Virus record (IMG/VR): IMGVR_UViG_3300020050_009209
Source of the DNA: a virus
Taxonomy: Duplodnaviria > Caudoviricetes
Length of the DNA: 64,000 bases
Reading direction: 5' to 3' (one strand)
Within the stretch, counting starts at the first letter, position 1; each line of letters opens with the position of its first letter. The notes beneath the pieces were generated by a model. The model searched no databases and was not told where the DNA came from. It saw only the letters and a list, made by a program, of their open reading frames with translations. Below, in pieces: positions 19,161 through 28,719 of the stretch. A program made the position numbers and the translations under genes.

Positions 19161-19209
19161 TGTAATCCTTAGGGTACGGTAAGGCAAGCCCAATCTTTAG
19201 GAGGAGAGC

Positions 19210-19395
19210 CTAATCCCGTTCGATCCTAAGCCGTAGCGCTGAAAGGATTGTGTTTGCAAGTCGTTCGGAGGGGGCTCTTTTTGCCCATTTGGCTAGGCGT
19301 GCAATGTCAGTAACCTCTACCTCATGTTGGAGGAGTCTGGTACTAATCCACTTTGCTGCTATAGCTGGGCTTCGACGGTTGAACTTGGATCGCAT
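19210..19395 (-). CDS. hypothetical protein
   Basis: 61-aa ORF. Confidence 0.5.
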   Translation of the reverse strand: MRSKFNRRSPAIAAKWISTRLLQHEVEVTDIARLAKWAKRAPSERLANTILSALRLRIERD

Positions 19396-19464
19396 TTTTA
19401 GTCACTTTGGTTCGGTAACTGGTGTACACTGGTTAGTAGGTGTGCAACCTAGTAGGAGTATAAG

Positions 19465-19830
19465 ATGAACGATACCGAGTATGTAGCAGAGTTGATTCGA
19501 AAAGCCAACGTGCTTGTCGCAGACCTGAAGATCGACAAGTCGCAGGTCGTAGACGTGGCTAGACTTTTGCATGAGGTTCGCAAGCGTAAGGAGACCAGCA
19601 GCCCCTACAAGAGCGGAAAGTCCGATCCTGTAGCTGAGGCACGTAAGGCTCCACGTAAGCCTATGATTGTTCGACCCATAGCCAAAGCTACGGTAAGAAC
19701 CGAAGCTAAGCCTGCGCCGGGTCATCTCGGTCGACCCTGCAACCACGTCGAAGCTCCAAAAGCTCCAAAAGTAGATGTAGCTCCACTCCCCCCGCCGCCC
19801 CCGCCCGTCAAAAAGCCAAGGAAGCGGTAA
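19465..19830 (+). CDS. Pro/Lys-rich hypothetical protein
   Basis: AGGAG SD; GGTGTA at 19421. Confidence 0.7.
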   Translation: MNDTEYVAELIRKANVLVADLKIDKSQVVDVARLLHEVRKRKETSSPYKSGKSDPVAEARKAPRKPMIVRPIAKATVRTEAKPAPGHLGRPCNHVEAPKAPKVDVAPLPPPPPPVKKPRKR

Positions 19831-20073
19831 GTGCTCACCTACTTCGTAGAGTCTTCTCGGAGACTCTTCTCGGAGACTCTACGAAGTATTCCCATTTCGT
19901 GGAAGAAAAGGTTGTAGTGACCAACGAGACGAAGTGCCCCTGTACGCGTTGTAGGCCAGCAACCTACCGGGTAGCCGTGTGCCCACATTGCGGTCACGAC
20001 GCGTCGTGGTGTCAATGTGTTGGCAACGTAGGAAGCAACGCACCATTCAACTCCCCATCTAACGACGAATCCA

Positions 20074-20493
20074 ATGATCCCCAAGATATCTGATACTCGA
20101 CTCAAGCAACTCGCAAAAAAGATTCGACCTGTCGTACGAGGATCCAACGGTACCCTTCACTACATTAAGCCTGTTAACCTGAAGGAGACGGCCTTCACCT
20201 GGGATCCAGATCTTGCGGAAGAAACCATTTCTCCCACACTTATCACAACAATCCGCACCTTGCACACCTACGGGTACCATGGTTTTTTCAAGCCGAGCAT
20301 TGCTGAGGTTCTTGCTCAAATCCCACTCGATCTTCTGAACTCAGTGGATGCTTTCGAGACCCATGGCCCCGATACGGCTGAGGACTTTTACCAAGACGAG
20401 GAAACCACGAATGCCTTCAATAGTGGTTTCCACACAGCTAAGACTATGCTCTACCGTAGCACTCAGCCGCAGTCGCGCTTCGAGAGGATCTAG
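20074..20493 (+). CDS. hypothetical protein with C-terminal SRFERI tag
   Basis: HTYGYHGFFKPSIAEVLAQIP; ends QSRFERI*. Confidence 0.75.
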   Translation: MIPKISDTRLKQLAKKIRPVVRGSNGTLHYIKPVNLKETAFTWDPDLAEETISPTLITTIRTLHTYGYHGFFKPSIAEVLAQIPLDLLNSVDAFETHGPDTAEDFYQDEETTNAFNSGFHTAKTMLYRSTQPQSRFERI

Positions 20494-20495
20494 TC

Positions 20496-20858
20496 ATGAG
20501 TACTCTACCTAGGGCCCGTAAGATTGTCGTTGATACTCCAACGGGTAAGACCCTGTTTTTCTGGAACTTAGGTTCAGGTAAGGGCCACCTCATGGGTATG
20601 TCAGGTCCTGGGGTTACTCTCACTGTCATGTCGAGTAGCTCAACTAGGGCGATCCTACAGATGAGTCTAGCCTCGAAAACTTACGCCGCACAGAACTCCT
20701 ACGACGAGGAGCACACCGGAGTTAAGTCTTCTCTTACCCCCAAAGATGTAAAGTGCGCCATCGAGTATGCCCTGCGTGCGGGCTGGAACCTCAACGAGAA
20801 GAGGGTTTTTTCTCCAAAGGGTCCGCTGGACCTGGAAGAATATGAACTTTTACCTTAA
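20496..20858 (+). CDS. hypothetical protein
   Basis: Starts 2 nt after the upstream stop. Confidence 0.7.
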   Translation: MSTLPRARKIVVDTPTGKTLFFWNLGSGKGHLMGMSGPGVTLTVMSSSSTRAILQMSLASKTYAAQNSYDEEHTGVKSSLTPKDVKCAIEYALRAGWNLNEKRVFSPKGPLDLEEYELLP

Positions 20859-20882
20859 GCTCTAGGTCTCCTTAGCCGTAGG
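20855..20882 (+). promoter_or_regulatory. TTAAGS-N16-CGTW putative promoter
   Basis: TTAAGC-16 nt-CGTAGG, 7 nt before ATG 20890. Confidence 0.6.
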
Positions 20883-20889
20883 TTCAGAC

Positions 20890-21060
20890 ATGGAACTCTT
20901 TCGCATCCAAATCAAGTCCGAAGACCTCCCCCGCCGTAGCCCACTCCTTGTGGCTCTTGTGGCTCGACACGGTGGTGGCGTCAAGATCATGAAGGATCGT
21001 CGCACCCCTCGTGGGGGTAACCGCAACAAGCAGCGTGATTACCGTAGCGATAACTACTGA
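20890..21060 (+). CDS. small basic protein (56 aa, below the ORF-track cutoff)
   Basis: MELFRIQIKSEDLPRRSPLLVALVARHGGG...DYRSDNY*. Confidence 0.7.
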   Translation: MELFRIQIKSEDLPRRSPLLVALVARHGGGVKIMKDRRTPRGGNRNKQRDYRSDNY

Positions 21061-21071
21061 GGAGATGTAAA

Positions 21072-21251
21072 ATGACCTACGACATCAGCACGAAGATCAA
21101 AGCCGAAGCATTTGTTCAGATGGTAGTGGAGTCTACCGCCCCTCCGTCAAAGATCCGCAACGCACTTGAGGAGGGCTACGAGCGTGCGGATAAAGCAGCT
21201 AACCGAGAGGTTGCGCTTGTCTTCAAGCATGCTATCGAAGACTTCGCCTAG
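21072..21251 (+). CDS. small hypothetical protein (59 aa)
   Basis: GAGGAG SD; MTYDISTKIKAEAF...IEDFA*. Confidence 0.7.
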   Translation: MTYDISTKIKAEAFVQMVVESTAPPSKIRNALEEGYERADKAANREVALVFKHAIEDFA

Positions 21252-21649
21252 GGTCTCGGTCACCTAGCCAGTACCAGACAAATGCCGAGGTACTGGCTAG
21301 GCTCCCAGAGTTTCGAGCCCTAACGAGTGAGGATTCGAGCAGCGACCTCAACATTCTCCTTGACGACCTACTTGCAGGTAAAAGTCCCATTATTGCTGCA
21401 CTTAGTGCCGAGGTGGGGAGCATGCTTGTGGGGTGGGTTGCCTACGAAAGGCTCCCTCGCAGGGGCAAAAGAACAAGCTACATAGTCAACACATTTGTGC
21501 TACCTGAGTACCGGTACCAGGGAATTGCCAACTCCCTTTTGACCTTACTTTTTCAGCACCCTCAGATTGCAGAGACGAAGATCCTAGTAGACCCAGAGCT
21601 TGAGTCCTTCTGCTCTAGGTTCCCAAGATTGAGGGTGTATGGTACCTAA
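21203..21649 (+). CDS. GNAT acetyltransferase, start uncertain
   Basis: Motif A FVLPEYRYQGIANSLL; frame open from 21203 but first start codon is at 21413. Confidence 0.6.
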   Translation, partial: PRGCACLQACYRRLRLGSRSPSQYQTNAEVLARLPEFRALTSEDSSSDLNILLDDLLAGKSPIIAALSAEVGSMLVGWVAYERLPRRGKRTSYIVNTFVLPEYRYQGIANSLLTLLFQHPQIAETKILVDPELESFCSRFPRLRVYGT

Positions 21650-21929
21650 GGCGCCTCTTCCTGTTACCTACAAGACCTACGAAGAGTTTCGGGTTGCCGT
21701 ACGGCACATGACGGTGCCCGCAAAAATGACGTTTCGTCAGATCTCAACGAGACTCATTATCGAAACCCCCCTCTCAGCTGCGCAGCGCAAGACCCTAGAT
21801 GGTACCCCTTTTGAAGGGCTATACCGCTACCCGATACTGACCTGCGACGTAGCAGAGGTACTTCGCCATAGTTTGTGGCGACTGTCCTCCCACTTAGACT
21901 CCCCCATCAAACCCACCCCTAGGAAGTGA
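21639..21929 (+). CDS. hypothetical protein
   Basis: Operon context. Confidence 0.55.
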   Translation: MVPKAPLPVTYKTYEEFRVAVRHMTVPAKMTFRQISTRLIIETPLSAAQRKTLDGTPFEGLYRYPILTCDVAEVLRHSLWRLSSHLDSPIKPTPRK

Positions 21930-21930
21930 A

Positions 21931-22578
21931 ATGACGCTACCTCGTAAGAAGTCTGAGAAGTTTCTGAGAAAGGCTGGAGCCTGGCTGCAAGGTCAATACG
22001 AGGTGGCCTCGTTCTCGGAACTCCTGTCGATGGCGTTGGAACTTCTAAACTGGAAGCCTAAGCAGTTAGCTACCAAGATGGAGGTTATCCCAGCTACAGT
22101 CTACCGTTGGAAGACCGGTCAATCAAAACCACTTCCTGGAATGCAGAGACTGGTCATACGTAACCTTCACTTGGAGGTGCGTAGTTTGAATGGTACTGCG
22201 AGGAAAAGGAAAAAGACAGTAAGTTACACCGCCAACGCCCAAGAGTGTGTAGGCGGTCATGGTGGTAGAGCCTACGCTACCATTACGTCCAGAGTTACTG
22301 GGTCCCCAGCCCAAGCTCAACTTCATGCGAAGGCTATTAGGTCTGTTCTAGCTACAGCACGGGCTGAGGAGCGTGCTAGAATCGCCCTATTCCATGCAAC
22401 TGGCAGGCTTGGCCTAAGGTTCAGAGCCCTTGACACAGCTTGGATCCGACGAGTAGAGGCAACTCGTGTTGCTGTAGGGCAACTTATGCGAATTGAGGCG
22501 GAGCTAACTCAACGACCCAAGGGCCATCGATCAGTACTCACTAAAGAGATGCTAGAACATGCCGACGATGGAAGCTAA
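21931..22578 (+). CDS. XRE-family HTH protein
   Basis: WKPKQLATKMEVIPATVYRWKTGQSKP. Confidence 0.75.
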   Translation: MTLPRKKSEKFLRKAGAWLQGQYEVASFSELLSMALELLNWKPKQLATKMEVIPATVYRWKTGQSKPLPGMQRLVIRNLHLEVRSLNGTARKRKKTVSYTANAQECVGGHGGRAYATITSRVTGSPAQAQLHAKAIRSVLATARAEERARIALFHATGRLGLRFRALDTAWIRRVEATRVAVGQLMRIEAELTQRPKGHRSVLTKEMLEHADDGS

Positions 22579-22628
22579 GCTCCACAAATTATCCCTCAAG
22601 TAACCCCTCTACTGGTGTACTCCATCTC

Positions 22629-23303
22629 ATGCTGAAAACCATGTTCAAACTAGTCGGAATAGCGCTCAAGTACGTTGGAGAGAAGCTTCTCTCTTTTCAT
22701 GGGCAAGACATCGTTCTTCGTCAGACCCCATCTGACCAGGACCTGCTGCAACCTATGCCCATGTGGGCTCCTCTGCACTTCGCTGACTTCCAGCTCCAAC
22801 ATCCGCAATATCGCCAGGAGTTCTGTGATCTTGAGTGGGACCGGTTCGTGAACTACGTTAGGAGGTCTCGAAAAGAAGGTCGCTCAGCTACGATTACAGA
22901 GAGCATTTGGAAGGCCTGGCTGGCTAAGTCTTGGATGGACAAGCAAACCAATGCGACGCAGACTCCCGACGACTCCCCTCAGCTGGAGGCTACCTTCAAG
23001 CCTAGGGCACACAACTACAACCCCAAGGAGCACAAGACGTTCTACCTTGTGGGGGCGAACATCCTACAGCGTCTAGTGGGCTCAACGGCACCTTGTACCG
23101 TACGGGACCTCACGAAGTACTTTGAGACTACTGGTCAGGGTTTTGCAGAGTCAACCATTCGGGGGACGTGCAAGGAACTTGTAAAGGACGGGATCCTCAC
23201 CCAGCTAGTCGATGTGACTCCTGCTACATTTCAGGTAGCGGATGAGGCAGCCGCTCTAGACTTCGTGCAAAAGCACTTGGAACGCACCTCGGAGCCTTCC
23301 TGA
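22629..23303 (+). CDS. hypothetical protein with C-terminal winged helix
   Basis: TVRDL...ESTIRGTCKELVKDGIL; GGTGTA 9 nt upstream. Confidence 0.7.
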   Translation: MLKTMFKLVGIALKYVGEKLLSFHGQDIVLRQTPSDQDLLQPMPMWAPLHFADFQLQHPQYRQEFCDLEWDRFVNYVRRSRKEGRSATITESIWKAWLAKSWMDKQTNATQTPDDSPQLEATFKPRAHNYNPKEHKTFYLVGANILQRLVGSTAPCTVRDLTKYFETTGQGFAESTIRGTCKELVKDGILTQLVDVTPATFQVADEAAALDFVQKHLERTSEPS

Positions 23304-23722
23304 TGGATACCCCCAAGGCCACCCAGATTCCAGGCTCAAAGGTGAGCGAAGGACCCCTTGTACGCATCTACTGTGCGGTTCTGAACGACCTAGAGGAGTT
23401 GGTTGCCATCCCAGAGGTCACAATCAAGCAGGTACAGCAAGCCTCCGGGGTTGTCGAGGTCCTTTGGCCTCTCGGAGTCTACCTCGGGTTTACTGAGGAA
23501 GGGTTGACCCTAGGAATTTACGGTCGAACCTCTACAGGAGAGGTGGTCCATGGGGTATCTCAAAAACCTCTAAGCGTTGACACTTGCCCAGACATTGGCC
23601 CTGAGGTTTGGAACCTTTGGAAGAAGTTGAGGGTCCCCCCATACGTCCTTCACTTCAATATGATGGGTAACTTCGACACGCTCTTTCATCAGACAAGAGA
23701 GCAGCACAACCTGCAAGCTTGA
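23303..23722 (+). CDS. hypothetical protein
   Basis: TGATG coupling. Confidence 0.65.
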   Translation: MDTPKATQIPGSKVSEGPLVRIYCAVLNDLEELVAIPEVTIKQVQQASGVVEVLWPLGVYLGFTEEGLTLGIYGRTSTGEVVHGVSQKPLSVDTCPDIGPEVWNLWKKLRVPPYVLHFNMMGNFDTLFHQTREQHNLQA

Positions 23723-23723
23723 A

Positions 23724-24296
23724 ATGCCTTGCTACAGTACCAATATCTCCACTTTCTCTACCTTACCCGTACCCTTCCAGTTCGAATGGATTGATGCTCC
23801 CTGGGTGAAGTGGGCGCGTAAAGGGGTTCCAGAGGCGTTTGTTGCCGGGTTGGAGGTGAGCGTCACTCTACCAGTAGCTCAACGACAAGTGGACTTCCAC
23901 AGTCCGTTTCCGTTCAGTATCTCTCAGCCTCCTCGATGCCACTGGGTGGTGTATGGGTCAACTTCCAAGCGTCAATGGCCTGTACAGATTGACTACTCAG
24001 ACTACCAAGACCTACTATCTGATTGGACTATCATTGAGGCCTCTCGACCGAGTAAGAAGAACCCTAGTTGGTTTACTGAAGGCCGAACGGTGTATGCTCG
24101 CGATAAGGTACTTGACGAGTGGGATCCCATAGCGTGCAAAATTGCATGCGTTAGAGGTTCTTGGGCTGCAATTGTGACTCTAGATGATAGTGGTAACGTT
24201 GACGTATTTCAAGGGATTTACTCACTTAGAGCATTCCCTTTCAATCCTCTCCTCACTCGCTATGAGCGAGGTATCTTCACCTTTCCAGAAAGTTAA
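23724..24296 (+). CDS. hypothetical protein with near-C-terminal TRYER tag
   Basis: Ends LLTRYERGIFTFPES. Confidence 0.65.
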   Translation: MPCYSTNISTFSTLPVPFQFEWIDAPWVKWARKGVPEAFVAGLEVSVTLPVAQRQVDFHSPFPFSISQPPRCHWVVYGSTSKRQWPVQIDYSDYQDLLSDWTIIEASRPSKKNPSWFTEGRTVYARDKVLDEWDPIACKIACVRGSWAAIVTLDDSGNVDVFQGIYSLRAFPFNPLLTRYERGIFTFPES

Positions 24297-24299
24297 CCC

Positions 24300-26555
24300 G
24301 TGTCGAATAGCCTAACAAGTACCCCGTCCGTTGCAGAGTTGAACCCAACTACGTTCAACGCCATGATTGACCTCATGCTCACAGTTTCCAGTACGAACAA
24401 GCTGCTGGAAGCTATTGTGAAGGCGGTAGAACTCAACGTAGCGAATCTAGACGAGTCTGTTGAGTCGCTAGCCAAGTCGAATGATGCTCTCTTGGCGGAG
24501 GTACGCCAAACAACGAGAAAAAAGGACAAGGGCATATTCACGAGTACGGAAACAGAAGACCCGTATGCCGATCTACGACATAACGTAGATGGTAACTTCA
24601 TTCAGGTCATCTTCGACATCTACTCCACCCTTCAGACGGGCTACAGTGCCTTGTCTAGGATTGCAAAGGGTCTAATCCCAGGGGAAGTTCTCGTGGTAGG
24701 TGAACGCCTTACGGCCCACCCAAAAACCATTGAGGAGCTGTCTGCATTCTCTGTTCAATACAACATGAACCGAGCAGCGATCAACGACTTTGCCTCTGGT
24801 ACTGTTCTCGCAGAGAGGGCAGATCATGTTGTCGTGGAGATTGGCAACAAGATTGTGAACATCCTTGATCGCTACTACCACACTCTCCTGCAACGGCATG
24901 AGTTTGATGGGGTTCAGGTTCATGGGAATCCCATCTTGACGGACATTGCAATGTCCGTTTACGCGAACGTAGACGCTAACGGGGAGGTCAAGGATGGCAA
25001 AAACCCAGATGAGGTAAGTGCCTACTCTCTACGTAAAGCTATGCTGGTGATTGAGGCAGTCAAGTTTGGACCAATCGGTCAAATCATTGACAACCCAGAC
25101 ACTCTCATGAGTATCATTCGCACCGGGCTAAAGGACCTGAGGGACCTAGGCGTAAAGCTAGCAGACTTTGCCGCACCTACAGCTCAACGGATTCGAAGGC
25201 TACATCCCAACACCTACCGGGAGCCCAAGCGGATCAAGGACCATGTGTTTGAGGCCTCTCTGGGGTACCTGAGCGACTTGGACCCACGAAACGTAGTGTT
25301 TCGAGACAAGCAGCAGATGGCTACCGCAGAAGAGCAGCTGGAAGCCACTTTCAAAAATGAGACTCTAGCTCAGATTGTGAGTAGGCTTAAAGACCCGGAT
25401 TGTTCGCCCACTGACTTGGTCGGATACGTCCTCACTCGTAAGGCAGAGCTTCACAAGTACTACCAGGAGGTCAACAGCTTCTACGTCTGTAAGATTGGGA
25501 CTGGTAACCAATTCTCTGGTGAGGCTCCTGGAGGGTTGACTGTGGTCCCAGGAGTAAAGCCTGTCGTCAATATTGACGATGTAGTGGGATCCGGGTTTGA
25601 CCAGGTAAAGGAGTTCATTCTCCAGATTCGCGAGGGTGCAAAGTGGCATGACTTGTTCCTGGCTACCTCCCCAAGCAAGAGCGGAGACAAGGCAAATGCC
25701 TTGCTTATCGGTCCGCAAGGTTGCGGTAAGTCAGAAGTTTTGCGTGGCATTGGTGGTGACAAGCAAGCCATTGGCATCTACGCTCAACCCTCCGACTTTC
25801 TTACCTGTTGGAAGGGCGAGGCTGAGAAGAACCCAAAGCGTCTCTTTGAGGCAGCACTCAAGCTCCAGAAAGACTCTGGAAAGCAGGTCTTCATCCTGAT
25901 TGATGAGGTGGACACCATCCTCAATGACGACCATGCGCGTGGAGGTTTCGGGTCTACGAACCTGACAACCGAGTTCCAACAACTGATGGATGGTATCCTA
26001 CGATACCCTAACATTGCTGTTTGGAGTGCGACGAACCACCCGGAACGTATCCCAATGCCTATGATTCGACGCTTCTCGAAAGTTGCTGTTGTAGGCGAGC
26101 TAAACCAAGCGGATAGGGTGAAGCTATTGAAGCACTTCACTGGGTTTGTGCCTATCTCCCATGAGTTCCCTGAGGCAGCTTGGGAAGACGCTGCTACTCT
26201 TCTTGAGGGGGCCGTAGGAGACACCCTCCGTAAGGTTGCCGACCACATTTGGCGGGAGAAGATGTCCGACCTAGTACGGAATCACCCGCGAGTTGCAGAG
26301 AAAATTATCGCGAAGTTGACTCAGGATGGGGCCAAAAAGTTCCAGGTCTCTCAACTCACAAAAGAGATGAGAGCCGATATCCATAAGGATATGCGTCCTT
26401 TCGTCGAAGTGACGGCTGAGGACCTCATTGCCTCTACAGCTATCCACCTAGACAACATTGCAATTCGCACGGAGATAGCGACAGCGGTAGAGACTTACGA
26501 GCGATCGAAGCTATTCCTTGCTGGGATTAAGTCCCATGCTACACGAGCTTCTTGA
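24300..26555 (+). CDS. classic-clade AAA+ ATPase with long N-terminal region
   Basis: Walker A GPQGCGKS, Walker B ILIDEVD, SRH SATNHPE...RRF. Confidence 0.88.
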   Translation: MSNSLTSTPSVAELNPTTFNAMIDLMLTVSSTNKLLEAIVKAVELNVANLDESVESLAKSNDALLAEVRQTTRKKDKGIFTSTETEDPYADLRHNVDGNFIQVIFDIYSTLQTGYSALSRIAKGLIPGEVLVVGERLTAHPKTIEELSAFSVQYNMNRAAINDFASGTVLAERADHVVVEIGNKIVNILDRYYHTLLQRHEFDGVQVHGNPILTDIAMSVYANVDANGEVKDGKNPDEVSAYSLRKAMLVIEAVKFGPIGQIIDNPDTLMSIIRTGLKDLRDLGVKLADFAAPTAQRIRRLHPNTYREPKRIKDHVFEASLGYLSDLDPRNVVFRDKQQMATAEEQLEATFKNETLAQIVSRLKDPDCSPTDLVGYVLTRKAELHKYYQEVNSFYVCKIGTGNQFSGEAPGGLTVVPGVKPVVNIDDVVGSGFDQVKEFILQIREGAKWHDLFLATSPSKSGDKANALLIGPQGCGKSEVLRGIGGDKQAIGIYAQPSDFLTCWKGEAEKNPKRLFEAALKLQKDSGKQVFILIDEVDTILNDDHARGGFGSTNLTTEFQQLMDGILRYPNIAVWSATNHPERIPMPMIRRFSKVAVVGELNQADRVKLLKHFTGFVPISHEFPEAAWEDAATLLEGAVGDTLRKVADHIWREKMSDLVRNHPRVAEKIIAKLTQDGAKKFQVSQLTKEMRADIHKDMRPFVEVTAEDLIASTAIHLDNIAIRTEIATAVETYERSKLFLAGIKSHATRAS

Positions 26556-27294
26556 GCGCCTCGAACTTCTCCGGGCACTTTCTCTTCAGCTCCTGTGGCT
26601 CTTCAATGTAGGCCCGGAAACTCTCTGCCACATCCTCTACGCCGGGCTTATGCTCGGCGTAGTCTGAGATGAATGGAGGGTTACCCCATGGAGGGCCGTC
26701 AACCCGGTGTGTCTCCTCGAAGGCATGACCCAACTCATGAGTAAGTTGGGTCGTCCTAACCTTAGCGTCATAGCTTTTGTGAATCGAGAGATGCATCACT
26801 CCACCAGACCGCCAAGAGGCGTCCTCGGAACCCATAGGACCGCCAAGGTGAACCTTCTTGACAGACTGGGACCAAACCTGACGAGCCTTGGGCTTGAGCT
26901 TCTTGAACCCCGCAACCCACCCCAAGACAGCCTTCCCAGCCTCGGGGTCATTCTCGAATTTCATGTCTGGGACAACGCTGATCCCCATTTCTCGACCCAT
27001 AGCTAGGAAGGCGTCAACGAAGTCAACAGATTTCGTAGTTTTCGGAGCCTTAACCTTTGTACGCTCTACCAGGCTAACCTCATCTTCGTCTACGCCACGC
27101 GAACGAAGATATTCCCCTAGCTCTGTGACAGGGAACGGAGCAATGGCGTCATTCCGTAGAGACCGGACGAGCTGTTGAATGCGAGTCGTTGCATCCGGGG
27201 CTGCGTTGGCATCAAGTACTTTGAGGATAGCCTCCAGATGCTCCGGAGTAACGTTCTGAGATGCCGCAAATCTCGTAGCGACCCGCAGCGCCAT
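26539..27294 (-). CDS. zincin metallopeptidase with N-terminal RVATRFAA tag
   Basis: THELGH, ISDYA, EDVAESF; ATG 27294. Confidence 0.75.
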   Translation of the reverse strand: MALRVATRFAASQNVTPEHLEAILKVLDANAAPDATTRIQQLVRSLRNDAIAPFPVTELGEYLRSRGVDEDEVSLVERTKVKAPKTTKSVDFVDAFLAMGREMGISVVPDMKFENDPEAGKAVLGWVAGFKKLKPKARQVWSQSVKKVHLGGPMGSEDASWRSGGVMHLSIHKSYDAKVRTTQLTHELGHAFEETHRVDGPPWGNPPFISDYAEHKPGVEDVAESFRAYIEEPQELKRKCPEKFEALKKLV

Positions 27295-27416
27295 GTAGTC
27301 TTCTCTAGAGTTCAAAGAAGTAGTCCCTGTGTGGATGGTTACCTTTGCCTTCGTATAAGTTCCTTCCTCCTGCCCCTCCGCTTGGATAGTCTATTGGTGC
27401 AAGTTCAATACTCGAA

Positions 27417-27692
27417 ATGACCAATCGAAAAAAACAGGCACTTGCAGATAGAGATCATGTCTACCAGGCGTTGGATGACCTCGTAGACAGCTTTTTGGTG
27501 TATGACCGTAGAGAGGATGAAGATCTCCCTCAAGGGGTCATAGAGCGACTTATCGCGAAGGACACTATGTCAATCGACGACTTAGTAGATCGGTTTCGTG
27601 AAGGGCTCGAAGGGCACCTGGAGTCTATCGAGCCAGAAGATGATGAAGAAGATGAAGAAGAAGAGTACTTAGAGGAAGGGTACGATGGATGA
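27417..27692 (+). CDS. acidic hypothetical protein
   Basis: YDRREDEDLP; acidic tail. Confidence 0.7.
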   Translation: MTNRKKQALADRDHVYQALDDLVDSFLVYDRREDEDLPQGVIERLIAKDTMSIDDLVDRFREGLEGHLESIEPEDDEEDEEEEYLEEGYDG

Positions 27693-27969
27693 CAAGGTAT
27701 TCGCTCTCTGTTTAGACTCAATCGCTAGTGAAGTAGCCGCTCAAGGCCTGACGATCGAGAAAATAAAAGTGAGCCCTGAAGTGTATCGACAACATGGGCA
27801 CCTACGGTACGCCCTAGCGGTCAACAACCAACTCCAGGGTTATGTCATTCAAGTAATCATTCCAAGCGACATGCCGTTCTTAGACCGCTTTATGGGGGAA
27901 GTACCTACTCTAGACCTTTTACAGGTCGTTGAGACCTATGAGGTCCGTAGTCGATTTGATCGTTTATAG
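27685..27969 (+). CDS. hypothetical protein with C-terminal SRFDRL tag
   Basis: Ends RSRFDRL*. Confidence 0.65.
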   Translation: MDDKVFALCLDSIASEVAAQGLTIEKIKVSPEVYRQHGHLRYALAVNNQLQGYVIQVIIPSDMPFLDRFMGEVPTLDLLQVVETYEVRSRFDRL

Positions 27970-27981
27970 CTTGGGGTAGGT

Positions 27982-28719
27982 ATGGCACTACAGCTCCCCC
28001 CAAATGCCGGTCCTGCAAGAGACCAAGCGATCCTACACTACGTGCTTGGGAACAACTACGAGCACGAGTGGTCAAGAATCACCTCGACCCACGAAGGGCG
28101 GACCGCTGAGTTTTGGGTTTCCTCAGATGCCCTTAAAATAGAGGGTGTGCGTGTCAACCTGAATGCACGCTTGCAGCAGGATATTGCAGACTTCCTCGAT
28201 GGGTCTCTACTGACAGCTAAGTTGTGCGACCTCATGTGGGCGCAGAGGGAGATTACTATCCCGCCCTTCCCGAGGTCTATAACATCAAGCACGGAGGCTA
28301 TGCTCAAGCACTCCCTTGCTATTGACACCTACCTAAGTAATAGGTTCGATTCCTTAGGGGATGGAGTCAAGTCTACCGTAGGGAAAACTTGGGTCATAGA
28401 CAACAGCGTTAGTGCTAAGAAGGCCATGAACTATGGCTGGCACTTTCAGGGGTCCAGCTTCCAGGGCATCCAAGGCGAGCCTACAGCGTCCAACCTAAAG
28501 GATGAGGATGGGAACCTTGTACGCCTTATCCAAGGCAGGGGAACGCGTCATGGGCCGTCTCATGACGATTACAGTCAAGTTGGGTTGTTCGTATCTAGGG
28601 AGTGTCGAGTCGATGGTCAGGTCTTTGACCTGCATGACCTTCTCAACTCCACTACCTTAGCTCCACTGGCAAGCCATCAGGGCGTTGTCCGAGTTCTTCG
28701 GCAACCTAAGGAAACCTGA
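27982..28719 (+). CDS. conserved hypothetical protein (YGWH...IQ...H..H.DYSQ family)
   Basis: NYGWH, HGPSHDDYSQ; TTAT-N14-ATG upstream. Confidence 0.7.
   Translation: MALQLPPNAGPARDQAILHYVLGNNYEHEWSRITSTHEGRTAEFWVSSDALKIEGVRVNLNARLQQDIADFLDGSLLTAKLCDLMWAQREITIPPFPRSITSSTEAMLKHSLAIDTYLSNRFDSLGDGVKSTVGKTWVIDNSVSAKKAMNYGWHFQGSSFQGIQGEPTASNLKDEDGNLVRLIQGRGTRHGPSHDDYSQVGLFVSRECRVDGQVFDLHDLLNSTTLAPLASHQGVVRVLRQPKET

Noticed and set aside
19100-19200. Complete tRNA gene
   Set aside because: Only a T-loop with a 3-bp stem; no D arm, anticodon arm or CCA could be built.
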